Origin: Octopus sinensis
Taxonomy: Eukaryota
Assembly: GCF_006345805.1 (NCBI RefSeq)
Contig: NW_021826026.1
Span: 1 to 13,736 of the forward strand
Length of the DNA: 13,736 bases
Reading direction: 5' to 3'
Within the stretch, counting starts at the first letter, position 1. Each line of letters begins with the position of its first letter. The notes under the pieces are model-generated. The model was not told the origin of the DNA and did not search any database. It saw only the letters and a program-made list of their open reading frames with translations. Made by a program: the position numbers and the translations under genes. Of this stretch, positions 1 through 8,721 are shown one piece after another.

Positions 1-162
1 TTTTGCATATTCTATCTGTTATTATGAACATTACAATTATTAGCTAATTCTGAGGTCCTAGAAACAGCTGTCGAGTTAAAAACATATGCACACTCTCCTT
101 AGTATTCTGCATTTTCTATGCACCTTGTAAATGTAAATCTCCCCCTTTCTCCCTCTCTCCCC

Positions 163-165
<3 letters not shown>

Positions 166-195
<30 letters not shown>
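166..195. repeat. (TA)n microsatellite
   Basis: Perfect TA dinucleotide run. Confidence 0.95.
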
Positions 196-196
<1 letters not shown>

Positions 197-524
197 CTGT
201 CAATATACTTCTATAATGCTCGCTTATACCGTACTATTCAACTAATGGTAAAAATCTGCGTTCACTTGGTGCAAAAGAACGTTGCGACGAAGTATGACCA
301 TTGTCCTTTTATGATCCAGACTGATAGATTTTAATTGTTCTTTCGAATTTGAATCCACAAATACCTCGGTCCTATGGTTTCGTACATCGTTGTCCAACTG
401 ACCGACTATAACCACCAGCCGATGTATTGTATTACAACTGATATTAATGCGATGTAGTACCTGTTGCTGTCAGTTAGCCAAAATGTGATTTCGTTGCTAT
501 TTCTTGGAGGCAGGTCGAAGATCT

Positions 525-592
525 ATTTTACTTTTATTTTTAATTTTATTTGTTTCAGTCATTAGACTGTGGCCATGCTGGAGTACCGCCTT
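525..592 (-). mobile_element. SINE family A, 3' tail fragment
   Basis: The reverse complement (AAGGCGGTACTCCAGCATGGCCACAGTCTAATGACTGAAACAAATAAAA...) matches the 3' end of the plus-strand copy at ~982-1030. Confidence 0.8.
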
Positions 593-648
593 GTATATGC
601 TTTTGTCCTTTGTGCTAAGTATGATTTGAAATTAGTTACCAAACAATA

Positions 649-1030
649 GGCGTAGGAGTAGCTGGTTGGTAAATAGCTTGCTTATGAACCACATGGTTCC
701 GGGTTCAGTCCCACTGCGTGGCACCTTGGGCAAGTGTCTTCTACTATGGTCTCGGGCCGACCAAAGCCTTGTGAGTGGATTTGGTAGACGGAAACTGAAA
801 GAAGCCCGTCGTATATATGTATATGTATACATATATGTGTGTGTTTGTGTGTCTGTGTTTGTCTCCCCAACACCGATGCAGGTGTGTTTACGTCCCCGTT
901 ACTTAGCGGTTCGGCAAAAGAGACCGATAGAATAAGTGCTAGGCTTACAAAGAATAAGTCCTGGGGTCGATTTGCTCGACTAAAGGTGGTGCTCCAGCAT
1001 GGCCACAGTCAAATGACTGAAACAAGTAAA
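649..1030 (+). mobile_element. tRNA-derived SINE family A, near full length, with internal (TA)/(TG) microsatellite
   Basis: A-box-like TAGCTGGTTGG (659-669) and B-box-like GGTTCAGTCCC (702-712). The body GGCACCTTGGGCAAGTGTC...GAAAGAAGCCCGTC is followed by a dinucleotide tract (~811-862), a 3' module and an A-rich tail (AAAAGAGTAATAAAAGAATAAAA). An inverted paralog lies at 1268-1644. Confidence 0.85.
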
Positions 1031-1154
1031 AGAGTAATAAAAGAATAAAATCACAAACCCATCTCGTCGTATTTCTTGTAGGTTTTGTTATATTGGGAAG
1101 AGATGGAGAAATAATTTTCGCTTTTACAGTTGCTTATGTAGGCGTTCGTCCCTA

Positions 1155-1263
1155 CACAGAAACACACACACACAAACGTACACACACATAAGAGAGACAT
1201 ACGCAAACATAGAGACACCAATAGACACACGCACATACCAAGAGCACACACGGAGACACACAT
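1155..1263. repeat. Degenerate (CA)n/(GA)n tract
   Basis: Interrupted CA-rich dinucleotide repeat between the two SINE-A copies. Confidence 0.8.
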
Positions 1264-1267
1264 ATCT

Positions 1268-1644
1268 TTTATCGTTTACTTGTATTAGTTATTTGGCTGC
1301 GGCCACACTGGAGCACGGCCGAATGAATCGACTCCGGTACATATTGTTTTTATGCTTGATACTTGTTCTATCGGTGTTTTGCCGAACAGCTAAATTACGT
1401 GGACACAAACACACCAACACCGGTTGTGAAGTGGGGAAGATACACACACACAAATACGCGCACGCACGCATGCACACATATGACGGGCTTCTTTCAGTTT
1501 CCGTCTACCAAATCCACTCACAAGGCTTTGGTCGGACCGAGAATATAGGAGAAAACACTTCCCGAGGTACCACACAGAGGGACTGAACCCGGAACCATGT
1601 CGTTTGGGAAGCAGATTTTTTTACCATACAGCCACGCCCATACC
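1268..1644 (-). mobile_element. tRNA-derived SINE family A, second copy (inverted, more diverged 3' half)
   Basis: 1482-1535 is the exact 54-bp reverse complement of 757-810, and 1579-1600 is the exact reverse complement of 691-712. A-box-like TGGCTGTATGG lies at rc 1624-1634. The internal microsatellite (~1441-1480) sits at the same position as in copy 1, and the 3' module at 1268-1420 aligns with 877-1030. Confidence 0.85.
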
Positions 1645-1649
1645 TATAC

Positions 1650-2075
1650 ATACTTTCGTCACATATATTCGTATACAGATTCATAGAGGCATACTCATAC
1701 CGACGCGCTCACAGACACATACACAGATACACACACAGACAGACACACACATACACACACTCATTCATACAAACACATAGAAAGGCGTGTGCACATACAC
1801 ACAAACATATATATATATATGCACACACCATCACATATACCTGCATACATGCGCACATAGATACACTCCCATAAACACAAATATACGATCAAATACATGT
1901 ATAGACACACGCATACACACACACGCATAAACACCTCAAGCACACTGACTGATACGAACACAAACATAGACACACAAACATACGTATGCATGTTTCGATC
2001 ACGTTAACACATACATAGATAAAGAGACAGATAAACATTGATACACACACACACACACAACATATACATACATAA

Positions 2076-2107
<32 letters not shown>

Positions 2108-2155
2108 CTATATATATATATATATACATTATATATATACACATACATATATATG

Positions 2156-2205
<50 letters not shown>

Positions 2206-2398
2206 CATATACACACACACATATATATCTATTATATATGTATATATATATATATAAGTATATATATATATATATAAGTACTTTCATTACATATATATAT
2301 ATATATATACATATAGATCCACAGTGACACGTACACATAGATACAGACACATACATACACACACACACACACACACATACACACACATACACACATGT
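1650..2398. repeat. Compound (CA)n/(TA)n microsatellite field
   Basis: Alternating CA-rich and TA-rich tracts; the overlapping ORFs are Y/I/H/T/V/C low-complexity translations. Confidence 0.9.
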
Positions 2399-2534
2399 CT
2401 TAGTGCGCATGAGCAAGTGATCACATTCACCATTACAGGTGAATTCACAGACCTTTCTTCACAAGACAGACACGTTCAATGAAAATCACGTTTGATTATT
2501 TCAAGTCTGAAAAAAACGAACAGACGACAACAAC

Positions 2535-2716
2535 AACAACAACGATGACGATATTAACAAATAAAAGAATAAAAACGTGAAAATACAAAAAAACAACAAA
2601 AAAACAAAGCAAAACAAAAACAAAACAATAACAACAACGATGACGATATTAACAAGTAGAAGAATAAAAAACGTGAAAAAAACAACAAAAAAACAAAAAC
2701 AAAACAATAACAACAA
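2535..2716. repeat. Imperfect two-unit tandem duplication (first period 95 bp), A/C-rich
   Basis: AACGATGACGATATTAACAA..AAGAATAAAAA(A)CGTGAAAA occurs at 2541 and again at 2636, each followed by CAAAA-type runs. Confidence 0.8.
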
Positions 2717-2739
2717 TATAAAAATAAATACAAAGTATA

Positions 2740-3490
2740 TGAATAGACATACGGAACAAGACGATAATGCCAACAGCAACATCAATGACAGATGCAGTGA
2801 CAGTAGCGGTAAGAGTAGCAAGAAGAACAGTAGTTGCAACAATGGTAGTAGCAGCAGCAGCAGTAGTAGGCTGCATTGACTGCAGGAAGAAGAGCAACGA
2901 CAAAAGGGAGAAACAATAGGAGAAACTGATAACGGAGCAACGACAACGACAATAACAACAAGTACAAAGGCGTCGTCATCGTCATCATCGTCATCATCGT
3001 GATCATAATCTTCATCACCGTCATCGTTAGCATCGCCATCGTCGCCATCACTAGCATCATGATCGTGATCATCATCATGACCATCATTGATCATCGTCGT
3101 CAATATCATCATCATCATTATCATCGTTGTCGTCATCGTCGTTGTCATCATCATCATCATCACCATCGTCATCGTCGTCGTCATGACCTCCATACCCATC
3201 CTCATCATCATCACCTTTCTCCTACTCCTCCTCCACTTCTTCGTCGTCCTCTTCCTCCTCCTCCTCACCTTTCTTCTACTCCTCCTCCTTTTCCGCCTCT
3301 CCTTCCTCCTCCTCTTCCTCCTCCTCCTTAACCCCTTCCTCCTCCTGCTCCTATTCATCCTCCTCTTCCTCCTCCCCCTCCTTATCATCCTTATCATCAA
3401 CAACGGAAACACTAACAACAACAGCAGTGACAACAAAAACAGCAACAACAACAACAACAACAGCAGCATCAACAACAGCAACATCAAGAA
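2740..3490. repeat. Patchwork of degenerate trinucleotide repeats (AGC/AGT, ACG/ACA, TCA/TCG, TCC, AAC)
   Basis: Successive cryptic triplet tracts; the ORFs are homopolymeric amino-acid runs in several frames on both strands. Confidence 0.85.
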
Positions 3491-4431
3491 CAAAAAGGTC
3501 TTCAATCAAAGAGTAACCGTTATCACAGTAAATTTCTGAATAATCCGCAACAGATAGCTAGAGACTGACACAAATGTAACGTCACTAAAATCGCTGGAAA
3601 TCTTTCGTCACAAAACCTGTTAGAAATAGCAGCTAAATCTTCCTCAAATTGCATCCAACCATCTCAAAGAAAGAACACATTACGAGGTGTGTATGTAAGA
3701 TTTTGAGCCATTAAGGCCTTTGAGCCTTGAAGTCTTCTACCTTCATTAGAAGTCTTGTACCATTTTTGTTTCTTTGAGGCTCAAGACTTTACGTACACCC
3801 CTCGTAAGTGAATATTAATTTCCATAAACTTTAAAAAGGGATTTTCTTTTGATTAAATGCCTTGCTCAATTCAGGCTGAGCTGGAGCTAAAGAACAATAA
3901 CAACAACTGCAGCTGTAGCAACAACAAGAACAACAATAATATAAGCCATATAAAAAGTTTCAAACATAGATTATTTAAAAGGACATTGTGTTCTGCTGTC
4001 TAAAAATCAAGATAACATCCGACATCTCCTCTTCAATAAAGTATGTATCTTCCCCAGGCTATACACAAAATAATTTAATTCGGCTGTCAAGCAACTCGGA
4101 CTCACGGAACAAGCAAGGAAGAGAACGAAACGATGTTAAACAAGCGAAATCAGCCTTCATAACGGACCAAATCAATGGTCATTGAAAAGGTTGCATGAAG
4201 CAGCGAAGGAGCTTTGACAAACAAAAACAAATGAATCGGATGTTTAATAAATGAGTGGAATCGAACCAGCGTGTGTGTGTTAATTATATTAGCATGATGA
4301 CCCTCCCTAGACACAACAGAACAAAACAGCAACGTATGAAACCGTGTGAAATCTAGATTTGTTAAATTTAGGAATGCTGTTAGAATTACAAAAGGACCAA
4401 AACATAATAATTCTTTGTGTTATAGGCATGA

Positions 4432-4700
4432 GTCTTTGGAATTTTGATGAAGGTGGCAAATTCGATTACATCGACCCCCAGTGCTTAGCTGGTACTTATT
4501 TGATCGATCCCGAAGTGATTAAGGAAAAGCAAAGTCGACTCCGGTAGCATTTGAACTCAGAATGCCGCAACCACAATGTCGATCCCCCACCCCCGAAAGT
4601 ATGAAAGGCAAAGCCAACCTCGGTAAAATTTGAACTCAGAACGTAAAAGACGGACGAAATGCCTTCTGAGCATTTTGACTGGCGTGTTGACGATTCTACC
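4432..4700 (-). mobile_element. tRNA-derived SINE family B with duplicated B-box/central module
   Basis: B-box-like rc motifs GAGTTCAAAT at 4549-4558 and 4628-4637, plus the shared body AAAGGCAAAGTCGACCTCGG / CTGGTACTTA / TACATCGACCCCCAG. Homologous to 6445-6654, 9123-9298 and 11320-11533. Confidence 0.8.
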
Positions 4701-4714
4701 TTAGATACAGGTGT

Positions 4715-4780
4715 TATGATGATGATGATGATGATGATGATGGTGATGATGATGGTGGTGATGATGATAATGATGATGAT

Positions 4781-4813
<33 letters not shown>

Positions 4814-4817
4814 GTGG

Positions 4818-4855
<38 letters not shown>

Positions 4856-4887
4856 TGATGGTGATGGTGATGGTGGTGATGATGATA

Positions 4888-4929
<42 letters not shown>

Positions 4930-4956
4930 GTGATGATGATGGTGGTGATGATGATA

Positions 4957-4989
<33 letters not shown>

Positions 4990-5080
4990 GTGATGATGAT
5001 GGTGGTGATGATGATAATGATGATGATGTGATGATGTGATGATGATGATGATGGTGATGATGATGGTGGTGATGATGATA

Positions 5081-5122
<42 letters not shown>

Positions 5123-5149
5123 GTGATGATGATGGTGGTGATGATGATA

Positions 5150-5191
<42 letters not shown>

Positions 5192-5218
5192 GTGATGATG
5201 ATGGTGGTGATGATGATA

Positions 5219-5260
<42 letters not shown>

Positions 5261-5267
5261 GTGATGG

Positions 5268-5301
<34 letters not shown>

Positions 5302-5345
5302 GATGGTGATGATGGTGGTGGTGGTGGTGATGATGATGAGGATGA
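4715..5345. repeat. (GAT)n array with GGT/AAT interruptions forming ~60-70 bp higher-order repeats
   Basis: The motif GGTGGTGATGATGATAAT recurs 7 times (GATAAT at 4766, 4884, 4953, 5013, 5077, 5146, 5215). Confidence 0.92.
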
Positions 5346-5524
5346 TAACTACAGCATCCAATCGGCTTCACTCTGATGCTGAAGGATGCTGAAATAGAGA
5401 CTTGCATTGTCTTATTTTCATTCTAGCGGCCATTGTAAAAAAAAAACAAAAAAAAACAAAAACAAAACCCCGTTATAGCCCTCAACAAGCGAGTTCGCCA
5501 TCACCATCACCTGCATTAATATCA

Positions 5525-6087
5525 CTACCACCACCACCACCACCACCACCACCACCACCACCACCACCACTACCATCACCTCAACCAACCACCACTCCTA
5601 TTACCACAACTTCAGCCGCAACCACCACAATGTCAGCGCTGCTACGACGACGACGACCACAACCACTACCACTGCTTTCCAGCCATCACATCACCACCAC
5701 CACCACCACCACCACCATTACCACCACCACTACCATCACCTCAACCAACCACCACTCCTATTACCACAAATTCAGCCGCAACCACCACAATGTCAGCGCT
5801 GCTACGACGACAACAACGACGACCACCACCACTGCTTTCCAGCCATCACATCAACACCACCACCACCACCACCACCACCACCACCATTACCACCACCACT
5901 ACCATCACCTCAACCAACCACCACTCCTATTACCACAAATTCAGCCGCAACCACCACAATGTCAGCGCTGCTACGACGACAACAACGACGACCACCACCA
6001 CTGCTTTCCAGCCATCACATCAACACCACCAACTCCACTATTACCACCACCACCACCACCACCACCACCACCACCACCACCACCATA
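5525..6087. repeat. Three-unit tandem repeat (periods 160 and 169 bp) embedded in (ACC)n
   Basis: TTCAGCCGCAACCACCACAATGTCAGCGCTGCTACGACGAC starts at 5611, 5771 and 5940; the units differ mainly in ACC/ACA run length. Confidence 0.92.
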
Positions 6088-6444
6088 CCACATGCACATA
6101 GACACACAGACATACGCACAGACGGGAAAGACACAGAATAAAACCAGAAATCAATGGAAGGAAAGAAAAAAAATATAAATTTTAAAAAGAATAGAAAATT
6201 ATAAAAAAAAAATACCTCTCGCTAGAAAAGTAAAAATTATCGGAAAAAAATTCATCAAACAATAATGAAAGAGATTCGCCGCCAAAAGCGATGATGTATT
6301 AGGTAAAAATTAACAACTAAAACAACAAGAACAACAACAATAAAACAGAATTCGATGACAAAAGAAAAGTGTAACAGTAGAAACAGGATTCCAACCACCA
6401 TCGCCACCAGAACCATCACCGTTGCCGCCATAGCAACGCTAACT

Positions 6445-6654
6445 AATTATAATAAAGGCTTGAAAATTTTGGCACGAGGGTAGTAATTTTAGGGGATGTG
6501 GGTAAGTTCATTACATCGACCCCCTCCTTCCTTCCTCGCCTCCAGTGAGCGGCAATGTCGACCTCGGCGGAATTTGAACGCAGGACGTAAAGAGGGACGA
6601 AATGCGGTCGAGTATTCCGTCCGGTGCGCGGTAAGGATTCTGCCAATCGCCGCC
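6445..6654 (-). mobile_element. SINE family B copy with altered central segment
   Basis: 5' end rc GGCGGCGATTGGCAGAATC and B-box-like GCGTTCAAATTCC (rc 6569-6581), followed by GCCGAGGTCGAC. The 3' end rc TCGTGCCAAAAATTTTCAAG resembles that of the other copies. The CTGGTACTTA core seen in other copies is missing. Confidence 0.8.
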
Positions 6655-6655
6655 A

Positions 6656-6656
<1 letters not shown>

Positions 6657-6749
<93 letters not shown>

Positions 6750-6799
6750 GCTACTACTACTACTACTACTACTACACTACTACTACTACTACTACTACT
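6657..6799. repeat. (CTA)n/(CTG)n compound microsatellite
   Basis: Near-perfect CTA runs flanking a CTG block. Confidence 0.95.
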
Positions 6800-6800
6800 C

Positions 6801-6989
6801 GCAAGGTCATGCGCTGTTTATCGTGTTATGGGATCACCATGTCACGCACATATGGTTGTGATGCATGTACCTGGTGTACCCTTATCAGACGGGTAGTCAT
6901 GATAGGTATACTGGGCTTCGTATATTTTACCCCAGTGTCACTTTGATGGTATGCACTGCTCTCTCACTCAATAATAATAATAATAATAA
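6801..6989 (+). mobile_element. Unclassified (AAT)n-tailed interspersed repeat, 3' fragment
   Basis: Aligns co-linearly with 8497-8700 (for example CCCTTATCAGACG..GTCATGAT.GGTATA.T.GGCTTCGTATATTT) and ends in (AAT)n. Confidence 0.75.
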
Positions 6990-6990
6990 C

Positions 6991-7119
6991 CTGTCCTGAT
7001 GCACTACCAGGCACTGGCTCTCGTGGCTTCTGTTCTTAACTGATTGAAAATGCTATCATATGCATTGTTTTGTCTTGGTATAAAAGATGGGCTACAGTAA
7101 ATATTCTGCTCAATGCCAC
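6991..7119 (+). mobile_element. Unclassified (AAT)n-tailed repeat, 5' fragment
   Basis: Aligns with 7864-7965 plus 8217-8237 (GCTCTC.TGGCTTCTG.TCTTA.CTGAT...TTGGT.TAAAAGA.GG.CTACAG.AAATA.TCTG.TC.AT). Confidence 0.7.
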
Positions 7120-7862
7120 CCTTACCATTTTTGCAACTTCCACCCACCTTCTGATAAATGCTTTCGAGGACAGCACCCACCTCTCCATCCTCACTTTCTT
7201 TTTTAGGTGAAACTTGGAAAAAGTCGATGAGGGTTTTACCAAATAGGAATGTCTTTGTCCTCTTAAATTTCAGCCTATCCACCAGACAACCTCATTCACC
7301 ATAGCAGCCAGGCAAAGGAAAACTGCTTTGTCTGCCCGATTGAAAGAAGGCCGCAGGGCAATCATTACTATGAACTTGGAGTCCGTCCTACAAGTAACTG
7401 TTCGATATAACTTCACAAGTCAGCAATTCCCGGATACTGAACGAGTGCGTGCAAAACGGCTTCGTCGCTCTGCGCGCATCCCGGACAAGCTAGTCTAACA
7501 GCACATCCGTGCCTGTACGCAAGCCGGTAGCGCTGCCAAGTCAAAGACATTTCGAAATTATCTATAATAGTCCCCGACCGAAAAGTCTTCCGGAAAAGTG
7601 GAGCCAGTTCGTCTTCATCGACGCCCAGAGTCTTCCCTAGGACGTCGTCGCTCGCCCTCGCCACTAATCCTCTCTCTCTATATATAGCTTAAGTGAAAAA
7701 TCTACCGATCCTATTCTCCGACTGGCAGAGGACAGTGAGCACCTGACGACATTCAAGGTGCCAGGCGTCCAGTCTTGGTCGATCCTTCACACAGGTCTGC
7801 AGCCCCGCCAAAGAGACTACTTGCAGAAAGACCTGCCTCACAAACGGAGTCCAAATACTTGC
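7116..7862 (-). pseudogene. Degenerate C-terminal part of an L1/Tx1-like non-LTR retrotransposon ORF2
   Basis: Across stops and frameshifts it reads ...IWTPFVRQVF...RPRLDAWHLECRQVL...DNFEMSLTWQRY...CPGCAQSDEAVLHALVQYP (C-x2-C-x8-H-x4-[C>Y] zinc motif at 7434-7487)...KAVFLCLAAMVNEVVWW/RLK...LIDFF/KFHLKKKVRMER...RRWVEVAK. This fits the L1-clade ORF2 C-terminal Cys-rich region; the clade call is from memory. Confidence 0.7.
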
Positions 7863-7863
7863 T

Positions 7864-8675
7864 CTGACGCATACCACGTAGTAGCTCTCATGGCTTCTGA
7901 TCTTATCTGATCGAAACTGTTATCATGTACATGTTTTCTATTGGTGTAAAAGACGGCCTACAGCATCATTCATCATTGTTTGACCGTGGTCGAGACAATG
8001 GAATTTACCATGCTACGTCAGACTTCACGGTCCATCATGGCATTACGGAGGTCCTGTTGCTGGATGCCTGTATCCCTTGAGATTACATCAGGGTAGGAGA
8101 GTGTGCGCCCTCTGGTATAGCGAGTAGATGGCTTCCAGAGGAGAAGAGTAGAAATTACCTCTTTTTCAGCTCTACAACAATGTCCAGCAAACTGGACTCT
8201 CTTACCTTTCACAGCAAATAGTCTGTTCGATACGGCAGATTTGCTTGTCATTTGTTTGACCGTAACTAGTTGAGCATGACCTTTGGTAGCTAATGATATG
8301 TGCATCTCTGATTACGAGCAGAAGTAGCAGAAGAGAATCATAGCCCTGTGTTGAGACGGATTCTTTGAAGTTTGAATAATTTCCCTCTAAAAACATGGGT
8401 GTTTTGTCCATCATCCTTTAACAACCCTTATTCAGGGACCTGTTTGGAGCGGGATGGAATACTCAACTTGAAGATAATTTCAACTGGGTCCTACCGGCAA
8501 CGTCATGTGCTGTTCACCTTCATATGAGGTCACCGTGTCTCGCACTTATGATTGTGATGCATGTGCATGGTGCACCCTTATCAGACGAGTGGTCATGATG
8601 GGTATATTAGGCTTCGTATATTTGTCCCCCAGCATCACTTTAATGCCATGTGCTCCCCTCACTCACTCATTCACC

Positions 8676-8711
<36 letters not shown>

Positions 8712-8721
8712 TAATAATAAT
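7864..8721 (+). mobile_element. Unclassified (AAT)n-tailed repeat, longest copy (~570 bp net), interrupted by an RTE insertion
   Basis: Its 5' part matches 6991-7119 and its 3' part matches 6801-6989. The (AAT)n tail spans 8677-8721. Confidence 0.7.
7966..8210 (-). mobile_element. 5'-truncated RTE-like LINE 3' end with 6-bp target-site duplication
   Basis: Encodes KGKRVQFAGHCCRAEKEVISTLLLWKPSTRYTRGRTLSYPDVISRDTGIQQQDLRNAMMDREV*RSMVNSIVSTTVKQ*. The in-frame TGA at 8018-8020 is probably a mutated TGG and the terminal stop is at 7973-7975. The 'RL/V.FAGH' motif is typical of the RTE C-terminus. It has a short TGATGAATGA tail and ACAGCA duplicated at 7960-7965 and 8211-8216. Confidence 0.82.

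Noticed and set aside
649-720. tRNA-like A and B boxes as genuine tRNA genes
   Set aside because: No cloverleaf or acceptor stem is evident, and the boxes continue into SINE bodies repeated within the window.
1761-3539. Long ORFs (up to 334 aa) rich in Y/I, poly-L/R/M/D/H
   Set aside because: They are translations of di- and trinucleotide repeats, open in several frames on both strands, with no domain content.
3605-3690. Possible fragment of another SINE (CTGTTAGAAATAGCAGCTAAATC), faintly similar to rc 487-512
   Set aside because: Only about 10 bp are shared inside the window, so the call would rest on memory alone.
3960-4335. Unique-looking stretch with short ORFs and splice-like signals (GTATGT at 4041, TTCCCCAG ending at 4057)
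   Set aside because: No recognisable protein and no consistent acceptor-donor pair with an open frame. It could be regulatory, but nothing here supports that.
4496-6178. Poly-His, poly-Met, poly-Pro and poly-Thr ORFs resembling His-rich or mucin-like proteins
   Set aside because: They derive from (GAT)n and (ACC)n arrays; frame-breaking indels and repeat periods of 160 and 169 bp are inconsistent with coding constraint.
6991-7965. Direct repeats flanking an ORF remnant, suggesting an LTR element
   Set aside because: The repeats are diverged, lack TG...CA ends, PBS and PPT, one continues into a tailed element, and the enclosed ORF is non-LTR type.
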